Source: Candidatus Tayloriibacteriota bacterium (GTDB lineage Bacteria; Patescibacteriota; Minisyncoccia; Phycocordibacterales; UBA6065). Taken from it: 64,000 bases of DNA. Below, piece after piece: positions 55,560 through 64,000 of the stretch; position 1 is the first letter of the stretch, and each line of letters starts with the position of its first letter. The notes beneath the pieces were generated by a model. It was given only the letters and a program-made list of their open reading frames with translations, searched no databases and was not told the DNA's origin. The translations under genes were made by a program, and so were the position numbers. Where the stretch lies: the NCBI GenBank assembly GCA_016215405.1, contig JACRJQ010000008.1, forward strand, positions 124,898 through 188,897. The letters run 5' to 3'.

Positions 55560-58500
55560 ATGTCACATGTAGCACGCAGGTTCGGTATCGCGATGTTGTC
55601 GGTCATGACGCTCGTTCTGCCGATCGTCGCGTCTGCCCAGGCGTTCGAGCCGCAAAAGGCGGTCGTCCTAGCTCGGATAGCGGTCCTCGACGGCGTCATA
55701 CAGGGCCAGGAAGGGAACGCGCTCTCGCTCTCGTTCAGGCTCAAGAATGACGGCGAGCCGACCGCGGCCATACGCTATAGCGCGGTCCTCTACGACGAGT
55801 CGATGTCGGCCCAAGCCCATGAGTATGTCGCTCCCGAGGAATTGTCCCTCGGCGGCCGCGAAGTCCGCGAGATATCTTTCACGTATAAGGTTCCGGACGC
55901 CCTCTCGGGGACGTACAAGCTCGCTCTTCGCGCCCAGCTCTCGTCGGGCATGCCTCTTTCTCTTTTCGTCTTTCCGCAGACGGTGACCTTCGAATCGAAG
56001 GGCGGAGGGCTTGTCGTCGACCAAGGCTCGTGCCTCCTCCGGGTCGAGGGCGAGGACGAATCGAAATTCTATACGACGAGGCAGGGGGTCGATATCCTCC
56101 CCTCTGAGAGCCTTGTCGGCTCCTGCTTCGTGAGGAACACAGGGACGGAGGAGGTCTCCGCGAGGGCCGCGTTCGATACCTATCAACGATCGAGGAGCGG
56201 CCCGCGCGTAGGCGATCAGGCCCTCTCGTCGGAGCTTTACGCGTTCGCATCGGGCGAGGAGAAGAGGGTCGACTTAAGGATCCCCTCGCCGCAAGAGGCT
56301 CAGGCGTACGACGCGGTCGCTTACTTCGTCTCGGAAGGAAAGGCTGTCTCGAACGACGTAGACTTCCATTATGTCGTAAGGGGAGCGAGCGCTACTATCC
56401 AGACTTTCTCTCTCGATAAGGTCTCCTACGCGGTAGGGGAAGAGGCTCGCGCAAGGCTCGTCTGGTCCCGCTCGGCCGATTCTTTTCCGGATTCGAGGCT
56501 GGGATCGGGGTCGCCCCTCGCCTCGCCGATGGCTACTGTCTCCTTGTTTTCAGGCAAAGACAGATGCGCTTCGGACCAGACCGTGCCGCTCGATCGCGAC
56601 GGCGTCCCGACGGAATTCTCCATAGCGATCGAAGAAAAGTGCCCGGATGTCCGCGCCCTCGTGTCGATATCGGATGAAGGGAGGCCTCTCGCCTCTTTCG
56701 ACTACAAGGTCGAGCTTCCGCGCGCGGCTTTGCCTTGGAAGACCGTCGCTTATGGGGCGTTCGGAGCAGTTCTTTTGGCCGCGCTCGTCGCTTTCAAGCT
56801 TCGGTCTAAGGATAGGTCGGGCGCCATACCGCTCGCGATGCTCCTTCTCGCCGGCGCCTTACTCTCTCCTCAGCTCGCCCGCGCGGGCGCGCAGACCGTC
56901 ACATGGACGGACCGCGGCAATAACAATCTGAGCGGCACGATAACCGTCGCCGATAGCTTTAACGAAGGAAGCGACGTGACTTTCACGGCCGATTTCAGCA
57001 AGAGATATCAATGGTGCACGAACGGCGCCACGAGGGACCTTACTTTCGGCTATAAGATACTCAATAGCCAGGACGAGGTCGTCGCCCATAGAGGCGCGAT
57101 AAGGACAGAGGTCGTCTCCGAGAACGTGGGCCAGCTCGCCGTCGGATCATATCGTCTCATCGCTTCGTTCGGCGAAGGGAACGGCACCATCACAGGCTAT
57201 ACGGATTCGACGTGCACCACGTATGTCGACTACGACGGCGATGGCTATGACGACGACAGCTATGAAGTGCAGTGTCGGATACCTATATATGGAGACCTGG
57301 CGAACGCAGAGCTTCCGTTTACGGTGAATGCGGTCGCTAAATCTCCGGACGGCTGGGTGGATAGCGCGGATTGCAACGCTATCAACGGCTGGACGTTCGA
57401 CGCCGACTCGGAAGCGACCTCGATCCAAGTCCATTTCTATAACGGCCCTGCTGGATCGGGCCAGTGGATAGGCGCGATCACGGCCGATTCGGGCCGTCCC
57501 GACGTGAACCAGGCTTACGGCATCTCCGGTAATCATGGATTTAGCTTCACTCCGCCTGCGAGCCTAAAGACAGGAGCCGAGATAAACGTATACGCATACG
57601 GCATCGGAGTGAATTCCTCGGGAGGGAACGACGGCCTCAATAGCCAGCTCTCGGGAACTCCGAAGACGTTTAGGTGCGCCGTCCCTGACGTCTGCGCCAA
57701 TATCGCTGGCGATCAAGCGAGCGTGCCCGGCGACCGCGTCCAGAGCGGACCGAATTGCGTCTGCCCTGCGGATAAGGTCGAGAACGGCTCAGGGCAGTGC
57801 GTTGCTCCCGACCTCGGCACGCCGACCGTGAACGTGTCCGCGAGCCCTCGGTCGATCTCTCCCGGCGGATCCGTGACCGTCTCGTCGGTGGCGGAAGGTT
57901 CGGGTCTCACCCATCACGGCTTCGAGGAGAGGTATAACGGAGGCGCTTGGCAGAACATCGGAGGCTTCTCTCCGATAAGCGGGCAGGCGCGGTCGGTGTC
58001 GAGGAATCCGTCGTTCGAAGGCACGTATGAATATCGAGCATACGCGAGCAACACGAACGGAGCGTCGTATGTATATGCGTCCCCGGTATCCGTATCCGTC
58101 ACTTCCGCTCCTCAGCCTTCGCAATGCTCGAACGGGCTCGACGACGACAACGACGGTCTCATCGACTATCCGAGCGATCCGGGCTGTACGGGATCTTCGG
58201 ATAACGACGAGTACAACACGGTCGTCATAAATCCGATCAACGGCATCTCCTATATCTCGGTCCCTTCTCCCGTCGCCGCGGGCACCGATTTCTCCGTGCG
58301 AGCGAGGAATAGCGGGACAAAGCCTTGGGGAAGCTCTCACGACCTTCTTTTGGCCACGGCGGACCTGTCTTCGAACATAGCCCTCGCTGACCTCGATCCT
58401 ACGATATCCGGAGGCGACAAAGTCGTGACGTTCAGGGCGCCTTCCATTCCGGGGACCTATGCGCTCCGGGCGGTCGAGCAGAACGTCGAATATTTCGGGC

Positions 58501-59111
58501 AGAACCAGTCGTTTCAAGTGACCGCGAATTCTTGTGACGATTGCGGCACGACCGATGTCTGTCCGAATATCGCCGGCACCCAGTCGAGCGTTCCGAACGG
58601 AATGACGGTCGACGGGAGCGGCAACTGCGTGACGAGCGGCTCGGGCACGGGAGGCAACGGCACCAATCCTGGCGGCGGAACCAATAATCCGCCCGGGTCC
58701 GGATTCACGGTTTCCGGCACATCGATCGTTCCTATACAGTTCATCGCCGACCTGCCGGCAAAATCCCAGAACGCTTCGATCTCGATCAACCCGGTCTCGT
58801 TCAGCGCGCCAGTCGTGCTCTCCGTCCAATCGATAGCTTCGGCTCAAGGGGCGGCGCTTCCTCAGGGCGTCACACCTACGTATTATTTCGGCGACAGAGA
58901 GGTCTCGTCGATGCTCCTTACCTTCGATCCGAACATCGGCACCTATCGCGATTCGAACGGGGCGATAGGCACGACCTTCTCGGTCAAGCTCTCGAAGAAG
59001 GTCGCCGAAAGCTATTTCGTCACCCTTATCGGCTCCTCCGGGACGAGGCAGGCCACGATGAGGATAGAGGTCGATCCGAACAATCTTAATCCTGAGTTCA
59101 GAGAATTCTAG
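55560..59111 (+). CDS. Large surface protein (Ig-like domains, internal TM + second signal-like segment, Ca-binding Cys/Asp motifs, conserved C-terminal domain)
   Basis: Signal peptide; WKTVAYGAFGAVLLAALVAF TM; DVCxNIAGxQxSVP twice; CSNGLDDDNDGLIDYPSDPGC; ends NPEFREF. Confidence 0.8.
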   Translation: MSHVARRFGIAMLSVMTLVLPIVASAQAFEPQKAVVLARIAVLDGVIQGQEGNALSLSFRLKNDGEPTAAIRYSAVLYDESMSAQAHEYVAPEELSLGGREVREISFTYKVPDALSGTYKLALRAQLSSGMPLSLFVFPQTVTFESKGGGLVVDQGSCLLRVEGEDESKFYTTRQGVDILPSESLVGSCFVRNTGTEEVSARAAFDTYQRSRSGPRVGDQALSSELYAFASGEEKRVDLRIPSPQEAQAYDAVAYFVSEGKAVSNDVDFHYVVRGASATIQTFSLDKVSYAVGEEARARLVWSRSADSFPDSRLGSGSPLASPMATVSLFSGKDRCASDQTVPLDRDGVPTEFSIAIEEKCPDVRALVSISDEGRPLASFDYKVELPRAALPWKTVAYGAFGAVLLAALVAFKLRSKDRSGAIPLAMLLLAGALLSPQLARAGAQTVTWTDRGNNNLSGTITVADSFNEGSDVTFTADFSKRYQWCTNGATRDLTFGYKILNSQDEVVAHRGAIRTEVVSENVGQLAVGSYRLIASFGEGNGTITGYTDSTCTTYVDYDGDGYDDDSYEVQCRIPIYGDLANAELPFTVNAVAKSPDGWVDSADCNAINGWTFDADSEATSIQVHFYNGPAGSGQWIGAITADSGRPDVNQAYGISGNHGFSFTPPASLKTGAEINVYAYGIGVNSSGGNDGLNSQLSGTPKTFRCAVPDVCANIAGDQASVPGDRVQSGPNCVCPADKVENGSGQCVAPDLGTPTVNVSASPRSISPGGSVTVSSVAEGSGLTHHGFEERYNGGAWQNIGGFSPISGQARSVSRNPSFEGTYEYRAYASNTNGASYVYASPVSVSVTSAPQPSQCSNGLDDDNDGLIDYPSDPGCTGSSDNDEYNTVVINPINGISYISVPSPVAAGTDFSVRARNSGTKPWGSSHDLLLATADLSSNIALADLDPTISGGDKVVTFRAPSIPGTYALRAVEQNVEYFGQNQSFQVTANSCDDCGTTDVCPNIAGTQSSVPNGMTVDGSGNCVTSGSGTGGNGTNPGGGTNNPPGSGFTVSGTSIVPIQFIADLPAKSQNASISINPVSFSAPVVLSVQSIASAQGAALPQGVTPTYYFGDREVSSMLLTFDPNIGTYRDSNGAIGTTFSVKLSKKVAESYFVTLIGSSGTRQATMRIEVDPNNLNPEFREF

Positions 59112-59114
59112 AAG

Positions 59115-59151
59115 ATACGAAAAACCCCGCTATTGGCGGGGTTTTTCGTAT
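59115..59151 (+). terminator. Intrinsic terminator
   Basis: TACGAAAAACCCCGC TATTG GCGGGGTTTTTCGTA. Confidence 0.8.
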
Positions 59152-59245
59152 ATCTGCGGAGCCTTCGCGGAGATAGCTTTCGCACGCCGCGGGCGATGGG
59201 GAAAACGAGGGGCATCATCGAAGGGTTTTCTCTGGTATCATCTTC

Positions 59246-60538
59246 TTGATGCGAATAAAGCTAGGAAACGCCGTTTTCGATAGAAATCCTGCGGCTTTAG
59301 CTTTCTTTGTTTGGTTCACGCTCGCTTTCGTCCTCGTATTCGCTTTTGGCCATGCCGTGCATGCCCAAGGAGTGTGGACGCAGACGAGCGGTCCCACGAA
59401 TATCGCGGGCCCGACCGGTTGCCATTATGAAGAAGAGTGCACCGACCAATCTGGCTGGTCGAATGCTTTTAGGGCAGGACAGTCTTGCTCGAGCGTAGGA
59501 TCTTCTGTCACATGCTATTTTAACGACAGCGCTTCGGGTTGCGGTACGGATAAGGTGCAAGGTTTCTTTAGGACGAGGTATCAGTATTCCTGCCAGGCTA
59601 TCCAGTCTTGTCCCTCCCCGATCGATCTCTGCGGGTCGCCCTCAGGCGGACAGCCGTCCGTCCCTTCGAGCTTCAGTTCGGCGTGCTCAGCGAACGGCGG
59701 ATCGACGAGCGTCACGTTCGACGGGACGATCGGGTGCAATCCGTCTCAGTATCCGCCAGAAGGAGGCAGGGATTGGACCGCGACCTGCAGCGCGTGCGCG
59801 CCCGCCTATTCCCAAGGCTATTATTACGGGCAGGGATATTATGAAGGCTACTACTACGGCCAGGGATACTATTATTCCCAGGGATATTACCAAGGCTACT
59901 ACTACGGACAAGGCTACTATTACAGCCAAGGAACCTATCAGGGAGCTTATTATGCGCAGGGATATTACCAAGGCTACTACTACGGACAAGGCTACTATTA
60001 CAGCCAAGGGACGTATCAGGGATACTACTATACTCAGGGCTACTACTACGGCCAGGGATACTATTATTCTCAAGGATATTATCAGGGCTATTATTACGGG
60101 CAGGGGTATTACTACGGCCAGGGATACTATTATTCTCAATCTTCGTATCTTCCTCCTCCCGGCTTCACTCTCGGCGGGACAGAGGCTATAAAGATACGAT
60201 TCCTCGAGGCGGGCGCGTCAGATTCGGAGCCAAAGGCGATCCCGGTGAACGCGGTGAGCGGATTTACGGGCAACGTCTCGGTGTCGATAACATCGAGCCC
60301 GGCTTTGCCGAACGGCGCGGCTATCAGATACTCGTGGAACGGAGGCGAGTGGTCATCGAATCCGAGCCCGATACTCATACCTTACGAAGGGTCCGCCACG
60401 CTAAGAGTCCAGGTATCGAAGAAGGTCTCTGGCACCTATGTGATCACCCTTACGGGCACCTCTCCTGGATATTCGAGCGTGACCAAAGACCTCATACTCA
60501 CTCCGACGACGCTCACCCCCGTATTTCAGGAGACCTAA
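59246..60538 (+). CDS. Secreted Cys-rich protein with Tyr/Gly/Gln (YYYxQG) repeat tract
   Basis: Signal peptide, Cys-rich N-domain, ~110 aa of YYYGQG/YYYSQG/YYQG repeats, C-terminal domain ending PVFQET. Confidence 0.8.
   Translation: MMRIKLGNAVFDRNPAALAFFVWFTLAFVLVFAFGHAVHAQGVWTQTSGPTNIAGPTGCHYEEECTDQSGWSNAFRAGQSCSSVGSSVTCYFNDSASGCGTDKVQGFFRTRYQYSCQAIQSCPSPIDLCGSPSGGQPSVPSSFSSACSANGGSTSVTFDGTIGCNPSQYPPEGGRDWTATCSACAPAYSQGYYYGQGYYEGYYYGQGYYYSQGYYQGYYYGQGYYYSQGTYQGAYYAQGYYQGYYYGQGYYYSQGTYQGYYYTQGYYYGQGYYYSQGYYQGYYYGQGYYYGQGYYYSQSSYLPPPGFTLGGTEAIKIRFLEAGASDSEPKAIPVNAVSGFTGNVSVSITSSPALPNGAAIRYSWNGGEWSSNPSPILIPYEGSATLRVQVSKKVSGTYVITLTGTSPGYSSVTKDLILTPTTLTPVFQET
59807..60148 (+). repeat. Coding tandem repeat (YYYxQG)
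   Basis: Degenerate 18-nt/12-nt units with synonymous variation. Confidence 0.85.
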
Positions 60539-60643
60539 GAGCCTCTCGCCTCTTTTATCCTTTGAGGCATCGCGCTTCGCCTGATATGATTATCAGGCGA
60601 AGCGTTTTTTGCCGCGCCGCGGCTCCTAATAAAAATCGATTTG

Positions 60644-61816
60644 ATGAAAAAGAAAATCCTCTCGGGCATGATCGTTCTTGCAGCGGTCTTGCTTTCGCCG
60701 GCAGGGGTCGACGCCCAATGGTCTGCCCCTACGCAGGCGCCTCCGGGAGGGAACGTGTCCGCTCCGATCAATGTCGGGTCTACGGCCCAGGTAAAGAACG
60801 GAGGGCTCTCGGTAAACGCTTTTACCGCCTGGCTCGATTCATATTTCGCAGGCAATGTTGGGGTGGGGGTCCTAAGCCCGACTCAAAAGCTCGACGTCGC
60901 GGGAGGTTTTCGGGTGGGCAACGGCAATGTGATCCACAACGTCGCGCACGGCAACTATGGCGTGCAGATGCTCAGGGCTGCCGATAACGGGGGAGGGGCC
61001 GGAGATGCCGGCCTCTATTACTGGATAAGCGAGCCGAGCGCGACATGGACGGGGGCTGGGATCGCGAGGAATATGAGGAACAGCAGCGCCGCGTTTCCTC
61101 GCGTGAACGCTTCTCTTTCCGGTCAGATGATCAGGTTCGACGAGGGGACAGGGATAAATTTCACCGTGGAGACGTCGGGAGGATCGAGGACGACGCCTCT
61201 CTCGGTGAGCGCCGGACAGACGGCGATGACGGGCAATCTCTGCCTTAACGGCACCTGCTATAGCAGCTGGCAATCCGGACCTCAAGGCCCTCAGGGTCCC
61301 GCTGGAAGCACTGGCGCCACTGGACCTCAAGGCCCGCAAGGCCCCGCAGGAAATACCGGAGCTACCGGACCTCAAGGCCCGCAAGGCCCGACCGGTCTTA
61401 CGGGAGCAACGGGTCCGCAAGGCCCTTCTGGACCTCAGGGTCCTGCGGGTCCGACCGGTAACACGGGTGCTACGGGAGCTCAAGGCCCGCAAGGCCCCGC
61501 AGGAAATACCGGAGCTACCGGACCTCAAGGCCCGCAAGGTCCACAGGGCCCGCAAGGGCCGACCGGAAGCACCGGAGCTACCGGCCCTCAAGGCCCTCAG
61601 GGTCCTGCCGGACCAGGCACGACTAAATTTAACGTTTCTGTATGGAGCATCTCTGCGGCGAGCGGCTGCTATCCTCCGAACGGCTCCCCGTGCGGAAACT
61701 GGAATCTTACCGCTGGGCATCGATACTGCTACCCCATGGGCTATGCGACCGGTATGATCGTAGAACAGACGGGCAATAACTCATGGGACTCCGCCGAAGT
61801 CGCCTGCTGGTACTAA
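60644..61816 (+). CDS. Collagen-like fibre protein
   Basis: Signal peptide, [20 protein letters not shown] module, GNVGVG..P.QKLDVAG repeat, long uninterrupted G-X-Y tract, Cys-rich C-terminal tip. Confidence 0.85.
   Translation: MKKKILSGMIVLAAVLLSPAGVDAQWSAPTQAPPGGNVSAPINVGSTAQVKNGGLSVNAFTAWLDSYFAGNVGVGVLSPTQKLDVAGGFRVGNGNVIHNVAHGNYGVQMLRAADNGGGAGDAGLYYWISEPSATWTGAGIARNMRNSSAAFPRVNASLSGQMIRFDEGTGINFTVETSGGSRTTPLSVSAGQTAMTGNLCLNGTCYSSWQSGPQGPQGPAGSTGATGPQGPQGPAGNTGATGPQGPQGPTGLTGATGPQGPSGPQGPAGPTGNTGATGAQGPQGPAGNTGATGPQGPQGPQGPQGPTGSTGATGPQGPQGPAGPGTTKFNVSVWSISAASGCYPPNGSPCGNWNLTAGHRYCYPMGYATGMIVEQTGNNSWDSAEVACWY
61277..61618 (+). repeat. Collagen G-X-Y coding repeat
   Basis: [10 protein letters not shown](N/S)TGAT units. 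Confidence 0.9.
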
Positions 61817-61912
61817 ACAGCGAGGAAATCGTATCGCGTTCCCAGCTCTGTGCCTCCTTTGCACGTTTCTTGTCCTTTGAGCCTTGACCCCCTGCCTGAT
61901 ATGATAGTAGGG

Positions 61913-63124
61913 ATGAGATTCTCATTTTTTCTTAAGATAGCCTTTGCGATCGTCCTCCTTTCGTCTCCCCTTTTCTCGCATGCGGGGACCGAGCATAATA
62001 TGACCGGCTATGCGTGGTCCTCGAATATCGGCTGGATAAGCTTCAACTGCACGAACGAATCTACCTGCGGGACCGTGAACTACGGAGTGAACAAGGCTGC
62101 TGATGGGACGATGACGGGATATGCGTGGTCTTCGGCGATCGGGTGGATACAGTTCGGCGGTCTCTCGGGTTTCCCTTCGGGGTCCGGAACCACCGCGGTA
62201 AACGCACAGGTCGTAGGGTCGAACGTGCAAGGGTGGGCGCGAGCACTCTCATATAGCGGGACATGGGACGGCTGGATATCCCTCGCCGGCACGTCTCCAA
62301 GTTACGGAGTCACTCACTCCGGAGGGTCTTTTGCGGGCTACGCCTGGGGAGGCGAGGTCGTGGGCTGGGTCCTCTTTGACGTTCAGGGCGTCTATCCCGC
62401 GATCTGTAGCGACTGCGGCGTCACGATCGAAGGTGATGCGTCCCTCGACATAAAATCGGGAGGGGTCAGCATCGTGGGTAACGGAGCGGTCCCTTACGGC
62501 ACGATTCCCGTATTCGAATGGACTCTCGTCAACATGCCTGTCGGCACGACATGCAGTGTTTCCAAGACCTCGGCTGGCGGCACCTCTTTCACGACCATAA
62601 CAAACATCGGCGCGTCGGGGACCTATACCGGAAGCGCACTTACGAACACTTCCTATACCTATCAGATAAGCTGCACGAACGGAGTCCTCAAGACGGCGAG
62701 CTTCACGGTCGCGCCTCAGCCTCCGGGATTCTCGCTCGGCTCTAGCGAGACGGTCGCTATCCAATTCGTGTCTCCAGGGTCGGCGGTCTCTGAGGAGAAA
62801 TCTGTGTTCGTGAACGCTATCGGAGGATACTCTAATCCGGTGACGATCTCGATAACCGGCTTTCCGCCCGCGATCGCTTCGACGACGTTCTCATACTCGT
62901 TCAATGGAGGCTCATCCTATTCCTCCTCGCCGACAGCAAATATAACGAGCCCTTATTCTTCCGGCATCGGATTTAAGGTTCGAGTGACGAGGCTCTCCGG
63001 AGCGCCTGCGTTCACCGGACCTTACACCATAACTCTCACAGGCACCGGATCCGGCGCGCCGAACGCAACCAAGAGCATGATCATAAATCCGACTTCTTTC
63101 ATCCCGAAGTTCGAAGAGTTCTAA
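61913..63124 (+). CDS. Secreted protein with GYAWS..IGWI repeats and conserved C-terminal domain
   Basis: Signal peptide; GYAWSSNIGWISF, GYAWSSAIGWIQF, GWARAL..WDGWISL, GYAWGGEVVGWV; ends PKFEEF. Confidence 0.8.
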   Translation: MRFSFFLKIAFAIVLLSSPLFSHAGTEHNMTGYAWSSNIGWISFNCTNESTCGTVNYGVNKAADGTMTGYAWSSAIGWIQFGGLSGFPSGSGTTAVNAQVVGSNVQGWARALSYSGTWDGWISLAGTSPSYGVTHSGGSFAGYAWGGEVVGWVLFDVQGVYPAICSDCGVTIEGDASLDIKSGGVSIVGNGAVPYGTIPVFEWTLVNMPVGTTCSVSKTSAGGTSFTTITNIGASGTYTGSALTNTSYTYQISCTNGVLKTASFTVAPQPPGFSLGSSETVAIQFVSPGSAVSEEKSVFVNAIGGYSNPVTISITGFPPAIASTTFSYSFNGGSSYSSSPTANITSPYSSGIGFKVRVTRLSGAPAFTGPYTITLTGTGSGAPNATKSMIINPTSFIPKFEEF

Positions 63125-63134
63125 TCAATACATC

Positions 63135-63428
63135 ATGAAGAAAACAGCATATATAGCATTGGCGGCAGTATTGGCAGGAGGATTCGTGTGGTATCTCACG
63201 AACGGAGAGGTGGGAGTCCCTCAAGGCGGCGATGCGTCGGTGCCGCTTACTGAAGAGGAGAGGATAGCCGAGCTCGATAGGCTCTCCTCTTCGTCCGTGC
63301 CGGTCGAGGAAGAGGAAGAGGAGAGGGTAGAGGCTCTCGAAAAGCTCTCTGCCTCGAGTACCCCTGTCGACGCCTCTATCGAGGAGAGGTTAAGAGCTCT
63401 CGACGCCCTTGAGAGATCGAGCCGTTAA
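63135..63428 (+). CDS. Small membrane-anchored acidic protein
   Basis: N-terminal TM; three EEER...L..L repeats. Confidence 0.7.
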   Translation: MKKTAYIALAAVLAGGFVWYLTNGEVGVPQGGDASVPLTEEERIAELDRLSSSSVPVEEEEEERVEALEKLSASSTPVDASIEERLRALDALERSSR

Positions 63429-63464
63429 ACAATAGCCTTTTATTAAGAATCGCTTATCAAGCCT

Positions 63465-64000
63465 ATGAACTATCGAACCATCGCATCGGCCCTCGCCATC
63501 GCTTCGCTCGCCCTGCCGTTTTCGGCATCGGCGCAATGGTCTGCTCCGACCCAGTCGCCTCCGAACGGGAACGTATCGGCGCCGATAAACACCGGAACCG
63601 GCACCCAGGCTAAGAATGGCAACCTGTCGGTGAATGCCTTTAGCGCGGTCCTGAACTCCTATTTCTCTCAGAACCTCGGCGTCGGAAATTCGAACCCGAG
63701 CGAGAAGCTCGTCGTGGGAGACGATTTTGGCGTCCTTACAGGAGCGCCGTCAAAAGGCGTCGTGTTCGGAAACACGGGGGGAAGCTTCTATTTTTACACA
63801 GGCCAGAGCTCAACGAGGAACATCTCCTTCGCTTGGCTTTACAACGCTACCCCAGCGAGCGCTTACGGCCAAATACAGACGTTCAGCCGGTCGAACCCTC
63901 TCTACATAGACGGTTCCCAACTCTATCTCAACGCGCAGTCTGCTGCGGGAAATGTCGGCGTGGGAAATACGATCCCTGGATACAAGCTCGACGTCACCGG
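63465..64000 (+). CDS. Secreted fibre/tail-fibre-like protein (partial, runs off the right edge)
   Basis: Manual translation [44 protein letters not shown]...NLGVGNSNPSEKLVV...GNVGVGNTIPGYKLDV. Confidence 0.8.
   Translation, partial: MNYRTIASALAIASLALPFSASAQWSAPTQSPPNGNVSAPINTGTGTQAKNGNLSVNAFSAVLNSYFSQNLGVGNSNPSEKLVVGDDFGVLTGAPSKGVVFGNTGGSFYFYTGQSSTRNISFAWLYNATPASAYGQIQTFSRSNPLYIDGSQLYLNAQSAAGNVGVGNTIPGYKLDVT

Noticed and set aside
59807-60148. CRISPR array
   Set aside because: Repeats are in-frame coding units with synonymous variation and no unique spacers; no cas genes in the window

Overview
Core-chromosome segment around the replication origin of a Patescibacteria (CPR, Parcubacteria-like) bacterium using the standard genetic code (TGA acts as stop, e.g. 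xerC). It carries housekeeping genes (polA 5' part, tsaE, pilB, ruvB-yebC-ruvC, tyrS, PBP1A, dnaN-dnaA-oriC-rpmH-rnpA-yidC, rsmA, pcrA, M23 peptidase, comM, dksA-like, pnp, rpsO, xerC, xth, cca, HU, rny, clpP, rsmE, tig, ppa, nusA), four tRNAs, a chromosomal VirB4/PrgI/VirB6-like/pilin secretion cluster next to oriC, a parS cluster (44.0-46.0 kb), and a block of secreted surface/fibre proteins at the right end. The most unusual signals are non-coding: (1) a promoter- and terminator-bounded ~350-nt RNA (~995-1347, minus strand) built from the 16S rRNA 5'-domain core (h7/h11/h12) with grafted new helices; (2) further unannotated structured RNAs (4.7 kb, 43.1-43.5 kb, 46.8-47.2 kb); (3) a conserved ~165-nt element appended to two tRNA-Gly genes that can base-pair back over the tRNA 3' end; (4) a three-copy structured repeat. 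Surface proteins share a conserved C-terminal domain ending in P-x-F-x-E-[FT] or a conserved N-terminal [11 protein letters not shown] module, suggesting a dedicated sorting/assembly system. All calls come from reading the sequence by eye; no searches or folding were run.
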